From a virus, in IMG/VR virus record IMGVR_UViG_3300047470_000115, positions 1 to 64,000 of that record: a stretch of DNA of 64,000 bases. One strand, 5' to 3'. A program made the translations under genes and the position numbers. Below are positions 7,551-17,552 of this stretch, piece after piece (positions within the stretch are counted from its first letter, which is position 1; each line of letters starts with the position of its first letter). The notes under the pieces are model-generated. The model was given only the letters and a program-made list of their open reading frames with translations. It was not told where the DNA came from and did not search any database.

Positions 7551-9101
7551 ATGGGCGATCAGGGTATTCGCGAGTTCGATACCGAGATGTGGTTCCGTAA
7601 CCCGAACGGGTACGTGAAGGAGCTTGCCGAGGTTGGCGAGTACCTGGTCTCATGGGATTATGGACTTGTCAAGAAGACGCGTCTAGACCCCGTCAAGACG
7701 TGCGAGCTCTACTTCGGTATCGACAAGCCCTGGCGGGCAATCATTGTGGCCGAGTGGGGCGCGGCCGAGTATGTACCTGGAGACAAGTTCGGTACGCCGT
7801 CTGCGGTGTATCCAGTCTTCACTTACGGCGATAGCCAAGACATCCTCGAAGAGATGCTTGAGCTTCCGTGGGGCGAGGACGAGGAGATGTGCTCGAACCC
7901 TCGCGATCAGGACGCCGACAGGGTGCCCATCAAGGGCCAGGAACATCGAGTCGTCATCACGAGCCTGCCGAACATGCGAGACGCACGCTCGCGCGGCTTC
8001 CTCCGCTTCATGGCTGGGAAGCAGCAGGATTACCCGAACTGCATCGTTCACCTACATGGGCTTACTGCATTCAGGCCCATGTTCGCATACCCGTTCAGAG
8101 CGGTGGACTTCGAGGCACGGACAACCGCACAGGGCGGTAGGGTCTGTATGCCAACGGGTAACATCGTTCCGTATGAGCGTAGCGTGAATACTCCGCAGTG
8201 GCTCAAGCTTCTGGGTTACACGGTCGGTGACCTGGCCGTTCCCAGGAATCGCACGATGTTCAACATACGCTCGGCCGCCTGGGCATCGAAGTACTTCCGT
8301 GCCAGTCTGCGTTTCCGCGTGGGACGCGCAAGCCCGAATGGCTCCGTCTTCCCTGGCATGGGTAACGACGAGGCTGCGAATCAGCCTGACGACGAGCTGT
8401 CGGTGATGATTCGAGCCAGGGAGGCGGAGTGGCGCCGCAAGAACGGCGTACCCGCAGAGAGCGAGCCTGTTGATACGACGTCCAGCGACAAGGACTACAA
8501 ACCTGCCGAGGTGAAGAGCACCACGTCGCTGAAGTCCACGAAGTACCTTCCGGGTGACAAGGTGACATGCGATACATGCTCTGTCGCCCGTACATGCAAG
8601 GTCTACCGAGAAGGGTCGGTGTGCAACTTGTCTCAGTCTGACGGCCAGAAGCTAGCGAAGGCGTTCGGCAGCCGAGACTCAAGCCAGATCATCGACGCGC
8701 TTGGTCACGTACTCGGTATGCAGTCTCGACGCCTCGACACGGCGATGCAGAACGAAGAGGACTTCGGCGAGACCGACCCGAACGTAACCACTCTGATGAA
8801 CTCGTTGTTCAAGAACGGAACCACGCTCGCCAAGCTGGTCGATCCGTCTTTGAATGGAGCTGGGGTGAGTGTAAACGTCGGCGTGGCTGCCGGTGGACAG
8901 GCCCAGGTGATGACTGGCAACCCCAACACCATCATGGCGCAGATCATCAGGGTCCTGGAAGATAAGGGCATCCCTCGTAACGAGATCACCTCCGACATGG
9001 TCGCTGGCGTGCTCAAGGAGATGAATCGCGGCTCATCCGCCGTAGCCTCCGACGAACCGCGCGCTATCGAAGGGGTAGTTACGAAGAGGGCTGACGGATG
9101 A
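7551..9101 (+). CDS. Degenerate TGT/DpdA-like barrel fused to a Zn-finger/helical domain; occupies the small-terminase position
   Basis: VYPVFTYGD, VHLHGLT...MFAYPFRAVDF and GRVCMPTG resemble phage queuine-tRNA-ribosyltransferase-like proteins; CDTCSVARTC...C motif; ATGA overlap with terL. Confidence 0.6.
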   Translation: MGDQGIREFDTEMWFRNPNGYVKELAEVGEYLVSWDYGLVKKTRLDPVKTCELYFGIDKPWRAIIVAEWGAAEYVPGDKFGTPSAVYPVFTYGDSQDILEEMLELPWGEDEEMCSNPRDQDADRVPIKGQEHRVVITSLPNMRDARSRGFLRFMAGKQQDYPNCIVHLHGLTAFRPMFAYPFRAVDFEARTTAQGGRVCMPTGNIVPYERSVNTPQWLKLLGYTVGDLAVPRNRTMFNIRSAAWASKYFRASLRFRVGRASPNGSVFPGMGNDEAANQPDDELSVMIRAREAEWRRKNGVPAESEPVDTTSSDKDYKPAEVKSTTSLKSTKYLPGDKVTCDTCSVARTCKVYREGSVCNLSQSDGQKLAKAFGSRDSSQIIDALGHVLGMQSRRLDTAMQNEEDFGETDPNVTTLMNSLFKNGTTLAKLVDPSLNGAGVSVNVGVAAGGQAQVMTGNPNTIMAQIIRVLEDKGIPRNEITSDMVAGVLKEMNRGSSAVASDEPRAIEGVVTKRADG

Positions 9102-10963
9102 TCCAGAAGACCGCCGAGGAGCGGGCACTGGAAAGTTTCGAGTGGCTCAAGCTACACCCGGACTTCGAACAGAAGCCTGCGAGTATCACGGAGTTCCTGG
9201 GGCCCCTCTACCTCAACATCGAAAGCAAGGTTCGTCCGGCCATCAGGTCCGAGCTGGTTAAGCTCTTCGGGGAGGATGTATCTGGCGCCAGGATTGCCAT
9301 CAAGAAGCTCGGCATGTTCACTGGCGCAATCGGCATCGGCAAGACGACCATTGCCAGCATCATTCTTCCGTACATGGTCCACTGGGTGCTATGCCTTAAG
9401 GACCCGCAAGACTTCTACGGCCTACTGCCCGGATCTCGCATCGCATTTATGATGATGAGTACATCGGAGAAGCAGGCGAAGAACGTTCTGTTCGGAGATA
9501 TCTTTGCGCGCATCCAGAACTCACCGTGGTTCACGGAAAACTATTCTTACGATCCGACGTACACGACGATCATCAAGTTCCCGAAGAGTATCTGGATTCT
9601 TCCTGGCGATAGTGCTGAGACTACCTTTGAGGGCTACAACATCCTCGGGGGAATCCTTGACGAGGCAGACTCCCACAAAGTAACCGACAAGCAGGATTAC
9701 GCTGATACCGGTTATGACACGATCTTCACTCGCATGAGTTCTCGGTTCGATGACAAGGGCTTCGTCATGGTCATCGGGCAGATGAAGAAGGCAACTGGGT
9801 TTGCCGCTCGCAAGTACGAGGAGATGAAGAACGATCCAGATGCGCACGTCATCCGGCTGACCATCTGGGAGTCGTTCGGCTGGGCTAAGTACCTCAAGCC
9901 TGACGGACGCCGGGACAGTTTCTGGTACGACAAGAACCGTCGACAGATTGTGCCGTCTGATGTGATCGAGCTCCTCGAAGACTCGAGTACGCTCATTGAA
10001 GTTCCGAACATGTACAAGCGGGACTTCGAGAACAACCCCGAGAAGGCACTCAAAGACCTCGCTGGCATTCCGCCAGCCGTTGGACATCCCTTCATCTCGC
10101 TGATCCACAAGATCACCGAGTGCGTGGACAAGTGGCAGGAACGGTACGAGTTCGTTGGTTCGCCGGTTGACCAGAATTGCACGAAGCCTCAGCTGGCCAG
10201 CTGGTTCAAGGCACTGGACACGCGAAAGCGTGCTCTGCACATTGACGTGGCTTATTCTGAGCATGGCGATGCTCTTGGCCTCGCTATGGGGCACGTCGAG
10301 TCACTCGAAGAGATAGATGGCGAGGAGAAGCCGTACATTGTCTTCGACATCTTGTATCGGATCAAGGCTCCTGCTGGGTCGGAGATCTTCCTTTCAGACA
10401 TCCGGCGCCTCGTATACCACATCAAGGACGACCTCGGCTTTCGACTCGGCAAGATCACCATGGATGGATTCCAGTCCACTGATAGCCTCCAGCAATTCAG
10501 GAAGCGACGCATCAAGTCGGACTACCTGTCTGTCGACCGGAACACACTCCCTTACGAGGACTTGCGTGAGGCGATCTACGACGGTCGAGTGGAGTTCCCG
10601 CCGTACTTCACACAGTTCGATCGGAGTGGTACACGTAGTGGTGAAATCGCCGTAAAAGAGCTGATGGAGCTAGTCGACAACGGCAAGAAGGTGGACCACC
10701 CTGAAGGCGGATCAAAGGACGTAGCGGATTGCATGGCTGGCGTTGTTACGTCTCTGATGGGTGACCGCAGTTACCGGCGCGGGGTACGGTCGTTTGGTTC
10801 AAGTTCGAGTGATTCTCGTTCTGAAGAGACCACCAGCCCGTACTCGGTTGGGGGAATGCTTCTCGACGGTGGAATGGCTGCGAAGGCTCTCGGGCGTAGT
10901 GCCTCACTGCCGCAAGCACCTGTTCCCGGCGAGTTCATGCCACCTCCCGGACGGCATACCTAA
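9098..10963 (+). CDS. terL: Terminase large subunit
   Basis: Walker A FTGAIGIGKT; Walker B GILDEAD; nuclease motifs LHIDVA, TMDGFQS and KVDHPEGGSKDVADCMAG. Confidence 0.93.
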   Translation: MIQKTAEERALESFEWLKLHPDFEQKPASITEFLGPLYLNIESKVRPAIRSELVKLFGEDVSGARIAIKKLGMFTGAIGIGKTTIASIILPYMVHWVLCLKDPQDFYGLLPGSRIAFMMMSTSEKQAKNVLFGDIFARIQNSPWFTENYSYDPTYTTIIKFPKSIWILPGDSAETTFEGYNILGGILDEADSHKVTDKQDYADTGYDTIFTRMSSRFDDKGFVMVIGQMKKATGFAARKYEEMKNDPDAHVIRLTIWESFGWAKYLKPDGRRDSFWYDKNRRQIVPSDVIELLEDSSTLIEVPNMYKRDFENNPEKALKDLAGIPPAVGHPFISLIHKITECVDKWQERYEFVGSPVDQNCTKPQLASWFKALDTRKRALHIDVAYSEHGDALGLAMGHVESLEEIDGEEKPYIVFDILYRIKAPAGSEIFLSDIRRLVYHIKDDLGFRLGKITMDGFQSTDSLQQFRKRRIKSDYLSVDRNTLPYEDLREAIYDGRVEFPPYFTQFDRSGTRSGEIAVKELMELVDNGKKVDHPEGGSKDVADCMAGVVTSLMGDRSYRRGVRSFGSSSSDSRSEETTSPYSVGGMLLDGGMAAKALGRSASLPQAPVPGEFMPPPGRHT

Positions 10964-10977
10964 GTCTGCGGGTACAC

Positions 10978-12705
10978 ATGGCCACTGGACTTGTCGACAG
11001 GAACGGCAACCCACTGAGTTCGAAGAACCATGCACGGACGGCTCGACCCAAGCCCATTGTTGGCGAGGCGTTCGGAAGCTGGACCGGGCGCGATCAGTTC
11101 ATGTACGAGATGCCCGGCGGAGGCTACGTACAGTTCGACCTGAGCAAGCTCACCCTCGCCGACTTTCGGGGGATGAAGACTCACTACCAGGTGAACGCAT
11201 CGCTCTCGCTGCTTTCGTTCATGATCCACCAGTCCGACTGGCACATTGAGTGCGATCAGGCGAAGATCGTGACCCACGTCGAAGACAATATGCGCAACGT
11301 CTGGTCGCGGCTCGTGAGGGCGATGAGTCAGGCGTTCTGGGCTGGCTACTCCCCCAACGTGCTCCAGTGGGAGAATGACGACAAGACCAGCACGGTCCAG
11401 CTGGAGAAGATCAAGGATCTGATTCCCGAAGAGTGCGACATCAACTGGAAGGAAGTCGAGGGGTACATCCCCCCGGATCGTCGTCCGGGTGTCGCACCGA
11501 AGTTCAAGGTGTATGACGGTATTCGTCAGATCGGTGCGCCCTGGCCGATCCCGGTACGTAACTCGCTCTGGTATCCGCTCCTCATGGAGAACGGCAACAT
11601 GTACGGGCGCCAGCTCCTGAAGGCTGCGTACACGCCGTACTTCTTCAGTATGCTTATGCACCTGTTCGCGAACAGGTACTACGAGCGCTTCGGCGAGCCG
11701 GTGCCCATCGGTCGTGCACCGTGGGACAGTGAAGTCGAGATGGGCGGAACGCGAGTCCGTGGCAACGAGGCCATGGCGACGATCCTCTCGAATCTCCGAA
11801 ACAGGTCGACGGTCGTGCTACCTGCAGACATCGACCAGGAGACCAAGGAGTTCGATTACCAGATCGAGTACCTCGAATCCCAGATGCGAGGTGCCGACTT
11901 CGAGCGTTACATGACGCGCCTCGACGAAGAGATCTCGCTTGCACTCTTCACTCCGCTTCTCATGATGCGGACTGCAGACATCGGCTCGTACAACCTCGGC
12001 GTCGGCCACACGCAGGTGTACCTGTGGCTGCTCAATGCGATCCTTGCGGACCTCACCGAGTACGTCAACAAGTACATCCTGTCTCCGATGGTGGACTTCA
12101 ACTTTGGCGAGAAGGCTCCACGCGCGAAGATCGTGTTCCGGAAGCTCGGAACGAAGAACGAAGAGACCATTCGCGCCATCATCACGGAGTTGATCCGTAA
12201 GGGTGCGGCAAAGGTCGACGTGGTCGAGCTGGGCGAGTCTCTGGGCATGAAGGTCGAAGAGGTTGAGGTTGTCACCGAGCCTGCACCTGCACCGACAGAC
12301 CCGTCGGCTGACCCGAACGCGGACCCTAACGCAGACCCGAATGCTGACCCCAACGCACCCAAGCAAGATAATCGTACGGGACGCGATAAGCCGAAGTCGC
12401 CGAAGGGAATCCAGAAGACTTCAAAGGTTCTCGACCTGATTCAGGGTCGCGTCTTTGCGCAGCTCCAGAAGGCAGAGAAGGATGGCTCGTCGCCGAGGAT
12501 TGACCTGGGCTACCTCGGCCAGCTGTCGGACTCGCTGATCGGGAGGGTGCCTCGTCCGAGCGAGACGGCTGGGCAGATGCACTCGCGATTCGAGGCGGCC
12601 CTCGGCGACCTCATGGCTGCCGATGAGTCAAGCGAGGCCATTTCTACGGACTTCGCCTGGTATCTCAAGGCTATCGCAGAGGAGGTTCTTGGTGAGCCAG
12701 CCTGA
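10978..12705 (+). CDS. Portal protein (DUF935/Mu gp29-like)
   Basis: Follows terL; YYERFGEPVPIGR and GSYNLG motifs; 575 aa. Confidence 0.88.
   Translation: MATGLVDRNGNPLSSKNHARTARPKPIVGEAFGSWTGRDQFMYEMPGGGYVQFDLSKLTLADFRGMKTHYQVNASLSLLSFMIHQSDWHIECDQAKIVTHVEDNMRNVWSRLVRAMSQAFWAGYSPNVLQWENDDKTSTVQLEKIKDLIPEECDINWKEVEGYIPPDRRPGVAPKFKVYDGIRQIGAPWPIPVRNSLWYPLLMENGNMYGRQLLKAAYTPYFFSMLMHLFANRYYERFGEPVPIGRAPWDSEVEMGGTRVRGNEAMATILSNLRNRSTVVLPADIDQETKEFDYQIEYLESQMRGADFERYMTRLDEEISLALFTPLLMMRTADIGSYNLGVGHTQVYLWLLNAILADLTEYVNKYILSPMVDFNFGEKAPRAKIVFRKLGTKNEETIRAIITELIRKGAAKVDVVELGESLGMKVEEVEVVTEPAPAPTDPSADPNADPNADPNADPNAPKQDNRTGRDKPKSPKGIQKTSKVLDLIQGRVFAQLQKAEKDGSSPRIDLGYLGQLSDSLIGRVPRPSETAGQMHSRFEAALGDLMAADESSEAISTDFAWYLKAIAEEVLGEPA
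12307..12357 (+). repeat. Coding tandem repeat (ADPN)x4 in the portal C-terminus
   Basis: ADPNADPNADPNADPN with synonymous codon variation. Confidence 0.85.
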
Positions 12706-13006
12706 CGGAAAGACTGAGGTCAGGTGTCCATTCTGTGCGAGGAGTCCCCTCCTTGCCGTGTGCGGTAGGGATGCAAAGGGTAACCCCTTTGTTCATGTCA
12801 GGATCTACAAGCAGAAGCGCATCTTTGGAAACGTGGTTGCTACAGGTGGTCCAGTCCATCTGCAATGTCGCGAGTGCTTCCGGTGGCTCCGAATTCGGTT
12901 CGTCCGAATCTCCGACGTAAACCTCGACGAGGTCAAGGCACAAGATGTTCCGGGATCGGATACACCGACCCCTGCCCGAATGATGGACGCCGCGCAAACC
13001 GCCTAG
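12692..13006 (+). CDS. Zn-ribbon protein (Mu Com-like)
   Basis: GGAGG RBS at 12681 and GTG start; VRCPFC...LQCREC. Confidence 0.75.
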   Translation: MSQPDGKTEVRCPFCARSPLLAVCGRDAKGNPFVHVRIYKQKRIFGNVVATGGPVHLQCRECFRWLRIRFVRISDVNLDEVKAQDVPGSDTPTPARMMDAAQTA

Positions 13007-13023
13007 CTAAGGTGGCAACCGAG

Positions 13024-14166
13024 ATGAGTAACGCACTGAGGGCGCCCCTCGCACCACGTTCTACCGTCTTCGCGACGGGCGCTGTAGCCATGGGACCGAA
13101 GCCCCAGTACTACCGTCGAGGAGACGGAGCACTGGTGGTGGAGAAGCATGCTGTGTTTCGCACGGGCACCTTCCGTGACAGTATGGGTCGCCAAGGTTCC
13201 TGGGAGGCACTCCACCTCGACCAGATGGCTTCACACTTCGACATGCTCAAGAATCGAGGCATTCTCACTGATGTCCCGGTTCGTGATGGTCACCCAGGGT
13301 TCCTCATCTCTGGCGCGGAGGGCAACGGTAAGGTAGTAGGGTGGCACACCGCACTTGAAACCAAGACCGTTGAGTCTGACTCCGGTGACACTACGTACCT
13401 GCTTGCCAGCTACGTTCTCACTGAGCCGGACGCTGCGGATCGATACGAGCGCGGCACTTACCGCAACCGGTCGGCCGAGATCGGCACCTACGTGACGAAC
13501 GCCGAGGCTGAATTCTGGCCCGTCTATATGGGTGTCGCCTTCGTCGACATCCCGGCGGTTGAGGGTCTGAACAGCGTCGAGTTCTCGAAGTCAAACTCCA
13601 ATGTCTACGCCGAACGAGACGTCGTCTTTCTGTTCGACAGGGAGAATCCCTTGACCAGTTCCCAGCAGCAGCCGAACTTCCCGGCCCCCGTGATGCCCGG
13701 TATGCATTCTGCACCGACACAGCAGCCCGCCCAGTTCATGATCAACGGCGCGGCATCCACCGACGTGGGCGCGATCCAGGCGCACATCACCACCCTGGAG
13801 AACTTCCGCTCCGAGACGCTCGACGGCGCGCGAGTCGCCTTCGTCAGCGACCTCGTCAAGGGTGGGAAGATCCTCGCTCCGCAGCAGCAGTCGATGACGG
13901 ACTTCGCGAAGGGCCTCACCGACGACCAGTTCGCCAACTGGAAGACCGCGATGGACGCGGCCCCGCAGATGTCGGTTCTCGGTCAGCACGGCGCGTCGAC
14001 CTCGGAGCACGGCAAGCCTGCTACCGGCGCCGAGAACAGCGAGCTCTCTCAGGCGAAGGCGATCGTGCGCATGCACGAGCTCGCTGGCAAGCCCGAGGAG
14101 TTCATCAAGACCACCGCCTCCTACCAGACGGTACAGCGCCTCACGGCGGCTGGCGTCCAGAGCTGA
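13024..14166 (+). CDS. Capsid maturation protease/scaffold (Mu gpI-like)
   Basis: VFRTGTF, DGHPG, TYRNRSAEI and GVAFVDIPAVEGL motifs; helical C-terminal scaffold; position before capsid genes. Confidence 0.8.
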   Translation: MSNALRAPLAPRSTVFATGAVAMGPKPQYYRRGDGALVVEKHAVFRTGTFRDSMGRQGSWEALHLDQMASHFDMLKNRGILTDVPVRDGHPGFLISGAEGNGKVVGWHTALETKTVESDSGDTTYLLASYVLTEPDAADRYERGTYRNRSAEIGTYVTNAEAEFWPVYMGVAFVDIPAVEGLNSVEFSKSNSNVYAERDVVFLFDRENPLTSSQQQPNFPAPVMPGMHSAPTQQPAQFMINGAASTDVGAIQAHITTLENFRSETLDGARVAFVSDLVKGGKILAPQQQSMTDFAKGLTDDQFANWKTAMDAAPQMSVLGQHGASTSEHGKPATGAENSELSQAKAIVRMHELAGKPEEFIKTTASYQTVQRLTAAGVQS

Positions 14167-14178
14167 AGGGCCTGAAGA

Positions 14179-14646
14179 ATGCCTGCATTCGTCAAGGGTG
14201 GTGCCCTCCGCCAGCCGTTCGGTCGGAACCAGTACCTGCGTTCCACGCGGGGGATGAAGTTCAACTCGTTCACGATCGCCGCCAGTACCGTTCCGGCTGT
14301 CACGATCGACGGGTTCGCGAACCAGAAGATCCTGCAGCCCGGCACGGTACTCGCGAAGATCACGAGCGGCCCCGAGGCCGGAAAGGTCGGGCCGTACTCG
14401 ACCGACACCGCGGGTGTTACGGATGGAAGGCAGACTGCCGCGAACATCGTCGGCATCTGCGACACCTTCCTCCCGTGGCAGCTCATGGAGCGAGACGTCG
14501 AGGTCGCCGTGCTGTACGACGGCACCGTGGTTCAGGGCTGGTGCTTCGAGTACACGCTCGCCGGTGGTACTGCGCCGCAGGCGCTTTCGAACACCACCGC
14601 AACGGCCATGGTCTCCACCAAGTCCATGAGCATCACGTTCAACTGA
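14179..14646 (+). CDS. Head decoration protein
   Basis: ILQPGTVLAKITSG...VGPY...DGRQT motif; upstream of the MCP; high GC3. Confidence 0.85.
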   Translation: MPAFVKGGALRQPFGRNQYLRSTRGMKFNSFTIAASTVPAVTIDGFANQKILQPGTVLAKITSGPEAGKVGPYSTDTAGVTDGRQTAANIVGICDTFLPWQLMERDVEVAVLYDGTVVQGWCFEYTLAGGTAPQALSNTTATAMVSTKSMSITFN

Positions 14647-14659
14647 TCGGAGACAAGAC

Positions 14660-15856
14660 GTGACTCTGTCTTTTGCGCCGAAGGGGCGTACCCGGAGTGA
14701 CTTCGTGTCCCCGGCCTTCCCCCAGGATCGGCTCATCCGCAAGGAGGAGTCTCTCGGAATGCTCCGGGAGATCGTCCCTCCGCAGGACCACATCGGCCTC
14801 AGCCTCGTGCCATGGCTCGAAGTGGCAAGTGATGATGTCATCTTCGACTACGCCGTCGGCCTCGCCGAGGGACTGGCCCCGGCGCGAGCCGAGGACGCCG
14901 AGTCGGAGCTGGCCCAGAAGGACGTCCTCTTCGCCGGGCAGGGCCGCGCTGCGGTCATCGACTGGGCGATGAAGGATCACTACAACGCTTCCGACGTGAA
15001 CCGCTACCAGGAGATTCTGCGGATCGTCAACGGCATGCAGGACGGCGGCAACCTGCCGCTCCAGATGTCGACGATCCTCGGCGACTTCCAGGCGATGGTG
15101 GTCCGCGACGACGCCCTCCGCAAGAAGAAGCTCGACAACCGGCTCGAGTGGCTGATCATGTCGGGGCTCTCCAACGGCGCGATCAGTTACAACGACGGCC
15201 GAATCAAGTTCACCGTCGACTACGGACGGCCCAGCGACCAGGTCGTCACCAAGGACTACTCGGGCACCACTCACGACCCGATCGGCGACATCCTGCGCAT
15301 GCAGGACTTCATGTACGAGCGGTACGGCATCCGCATGACGCGAGTCGTGTCCAGCCGTCGCTCGATCAACACCTTCATGAACTCCGACCGGTTCCTCGCA
15401 AGGTCCGGCTTCGTCGTCGGCGGTACGCCCAGTGCGACCATCGATCCGAACTACGTACTCGACGGCTGGGGTCCGAACGCCGCGCTCGACCTGGTCAAGC
15501 GCGCGTGCAACCTCGACGAGTGGATCGAGTACGACTCGGTCTACCGTACTCGTCCCGTCGGGTCGAAGGTCACCACGGTGAACAGGTTCTTCCCGGAGAA
15601 CCGACTCCTGTTCCTCCCGGCCATCGAGGACATCAACTCCTTCGACGAGACCGAGATCGGCTTCGGACGTACGCTGACCTCGCCGCACCCGGAAGGTAAC
15701 TGGTCCGCCGGTTACTACGAGTGGGAGAAGGACACTGGCCCCGACCCGTGGGGGCGTGACCGTGGGACCGGTGTCAAGGCGTTCCCCGTTCTGCCGCACA
15801 TGGACATGACGGCCGCCTTCGACCTGACCCTGCCCGCCACGATCAGCAGCCTGTAG
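14660..15856 (+). CDS. Major capsid protein (lambda gpE-like family)
   Basis: DNRLEWLIMSGLSNG, VDYGRP and DPIGDI motifs; strong codon bias; 398 aa. Confidence 0.9.
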   Translation: MTLSFAPKGRTRSDFVSPAFPQDRLIRKEESLGMLREIVPPQDHIGLSLVPWLEVASDDVIFDYAVGLAEGLAPARAEDAESELAQKDVLFAGQGRAAVIDWAMKDHYNASDVNRYQEILRIVNGMQDGGNLPLQMSTILGDFQAMVVRDDALRKKKLDNRLEWLIMSGLSNGAISYNDGRIKFTVDYGRPSDQVVTKDYSGTTHDPIGDILRMQDFMYERYGIRMTRVVSSRRSINTFMNSDRFLARSGFVVGGTPSATIDPNYVLDGWGPNAALDLVKRACNLDEWIEYDSVYRTRPVGSKVTTVNRFFPENRLLFLPAIEDINSFDETEIGFGRTLTSPHPEGNWSAGYYEWEKDTGPDPWGRDRGTGVKAFPVLPHMDMTAAFDLTLPATISSL

Positions 15857-15868
15857 GAGGTCGCCGGT

Positions 15869-16063
15869 ATGGCACAGCGAAACGCTGACGGTACAGTCAC
15901 CATCAAGACCAAGGGCAAGACCGGGCGCCCCGGCGGCACCACTGTCGCCAAGGGTACACCGGGCGGTGTCCCCGCCAAGGACATGGGTGCCGCGAGTCCC
16001 AAGCGTGTCCGCACCAAGAACAAGGCGACTCCGAAGAACCAGCCGAACAGCACGGAGTCCTGA
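15869..16063 (+). CDS. Small Lys/Thr-rich basic protein
   Basis: AGGAGG RBS, high GC3. Confidence 0.75.
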   Translation: MAQRNADGTVTIKTKGKTGRPGGTTVAKGTPGGVPAKDMGAASPKRVRTKNKATPKNQPNSTES

Positions 16064-16065
16064 TT

Positions 16066-16102
16066 GTCCGTCGGGGTCTTTTGGGGAAGGCTCCGACGGG
16101 CC
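16066..16102 (+). terminator. Stem-loop after the capsid genes
   Basis: GTCCGTCGGGGTC / GGCTCCGACGGGC pairing with G-U pairs; no clear U-tract. Confidence 0.45.
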
Positions 16103-16122
16103 TCTAATCGGAGGGATGGGTC

Positions 16123-16488
16123 ATGGCGGACACCGCCGAAGAGAAGGCCGACAAGGCCCCGGAGAACATCACCGGTGACTGGCTGGGCGACGACGAGGCG
16201 CGAAACTTCGGCGTCGAGGGCAACGACCTGAGCGGGTACATCGGAGTTTCGCCCGAGTACATGACGTACGCGGACGACACGCACAAGCCGTACTCTACGG
16301 ACGAGGAGGTGCTTCCGCCTGCGGAGCAGCTCATGTTCGCCGAGGACGGCGCGGATGCAACCGAGGCCGACGACAAGTCAAGCGACGCGGACTCAAAGAA
16401 GGAGGAGCCGAAGAAGACTGCGGCTCCCTCTTCCGCCAAGGCACCGACCGGCGCGACGACAAGCAAGACGGCTTCTACCTCGAAGTGA
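16123..16488 (+). CDS. Acidic hypothetical virion-associated protein
   Basis: GGAGGG RBS; YIGVSPEYMTYA motif; high GC3. Confidence 0.8.
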   Translation: MADTAEEKADKAPENITGDWLGDDEARNFGVEGNDLSGYIGVSPEYMTYADDTHKPYSTDEEVLPPAEQLMFAEDGADATEADDKSSDADSKKEEPKKTAAPSSAKAPTGATTSKTASTSK

Positions 16489-16497
16489 GGCTCGGGC

Positions 16498-16989
16498 GTG
16501 GCGTATTCTGAAGTTGGCGATCTGCTGTTCGGGTCGGTCCCGACCGTCGGTCAGGATCTGGCCGCATGGGTGGATCGTGCTGACGAAGAGATCGACGCAG
16601 CAATCGGCAACATCTACGTCACGCCAGTCTCCTTCCCCTCGACCACAGAGGCGCGACCCGGCAAGCTCCTGGTCAAAAAGATCAGTTCGCAGCTGGCCAC
16701 CGGTCGCGCCATCATGTCTATGGACGCTGGCAGTGAGGAGAGTACCCTCCACCAGTATGGACTGTATCTGATCAAGGAGGCCAACGCCTCTCTCAAGTGC
16801 ATCAAGGATGGCGACGTTATCCTCCCTGGTGTACAGATGATCAGCCCCGATGACTTGACGTCGGCGCCGAAGGTCTACAACGTCGACAGTAGTAGCGCAG
16901 TCGAGGATTTCTTCGGGCAGTTCAACACTGCCAATCGAGGGCCGCAAGGCGTGCCCTACTGGATCAATGCAGATAGGTGGGGAGGCTGA
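16498..16989 (+). CDS. Head-to-tail adaptor (Mu gp36-like)
   Basis: MAYS...ADEEIDAAIGNIYVTPV pattern; position. Confidence 0.75.
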   Translation: MAYSEVGDLLFGSVPTVGQDLAAWVDRADEEIDAAIGNIYVTPVSFPSTTEARPGKLLVKKISSQLATGRAIMSMDAGSEESTLHQYGLYLIKEANASLKCIKDGDVILPGVQMISPDDLTSAPKVYNVDSSSAVEDFFGQFNTANRGPQGVPYWINADRWGG

Positions 16990-17552
16990 TGGCAAGGGCT
17001 AGCCGCACACCCTCCTCATCTGGTAGCGGTGGATCTGTTTCGGTAAGTCTCATCGGTGACTCTAAGGCCGTGGATCTTATGATCACACGGCTTGAATATC
17101 TGTTGGGGCCGCTCGGGATGAGCGCCTTCCTGGTCGGGCAGGTCACTCCCTACCTCAAGGCTCGCGCCGCAAACAGGTTTGCGAACGAGGGCGACTCGGT
17201 CTCTGGGCCATGGCCTGCACTCTCCCCTGTGACAGTGTCGATTCGAAACAGCCTGGGCTATGGCGGAGAACATCCGATCAACCGTCGATCTGGGGCACTA
17301 GAGCGTTGGGTTACCGGATCGACGCCGACACTAGTAACCAGTCCTGTCCTGTCGGTCCTCACGTACCCAGGCAACCCTCCTTCGGGACGATTGAAGGACA
17401 AGGTTGTCACTGCCCAGACGGGACAGATCGCTGGAAAGACATCTGGCACTGTTCCCCGCCCGGTGCTCGGCATGGACGCGACAGACTATGTCGCCATTCT
17501 CGGAATGCTCGCACTTAGTGTCGAGGCCGTTGGAAGGACTGGCAGGATTTGA
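16989..17552 (+). CDS. Virion morphogenesis/tail completion protein (Mu gpG-like)
   Basis: RFANEGD...WPALSPVT...INRRSGAL...VPRPVLG motifs. Confidence 0.75.
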   Translation: MARASRTPSSSGSGGSVSVSLIGDSKAVDLMITRLEYLLGPLGMSAFLVGQVTPYLKARAANRFANEGDSVSGPWPALSPVTVSIRNSLGYGGEHPINRRSGALERWVTGSTPTLVTSPVLSVLTYPGNPPSGRLKDKVVTAQTGQIAGKTSGTVPRPVLGMDATDYVAILGMLALSVEAVGRTGRI

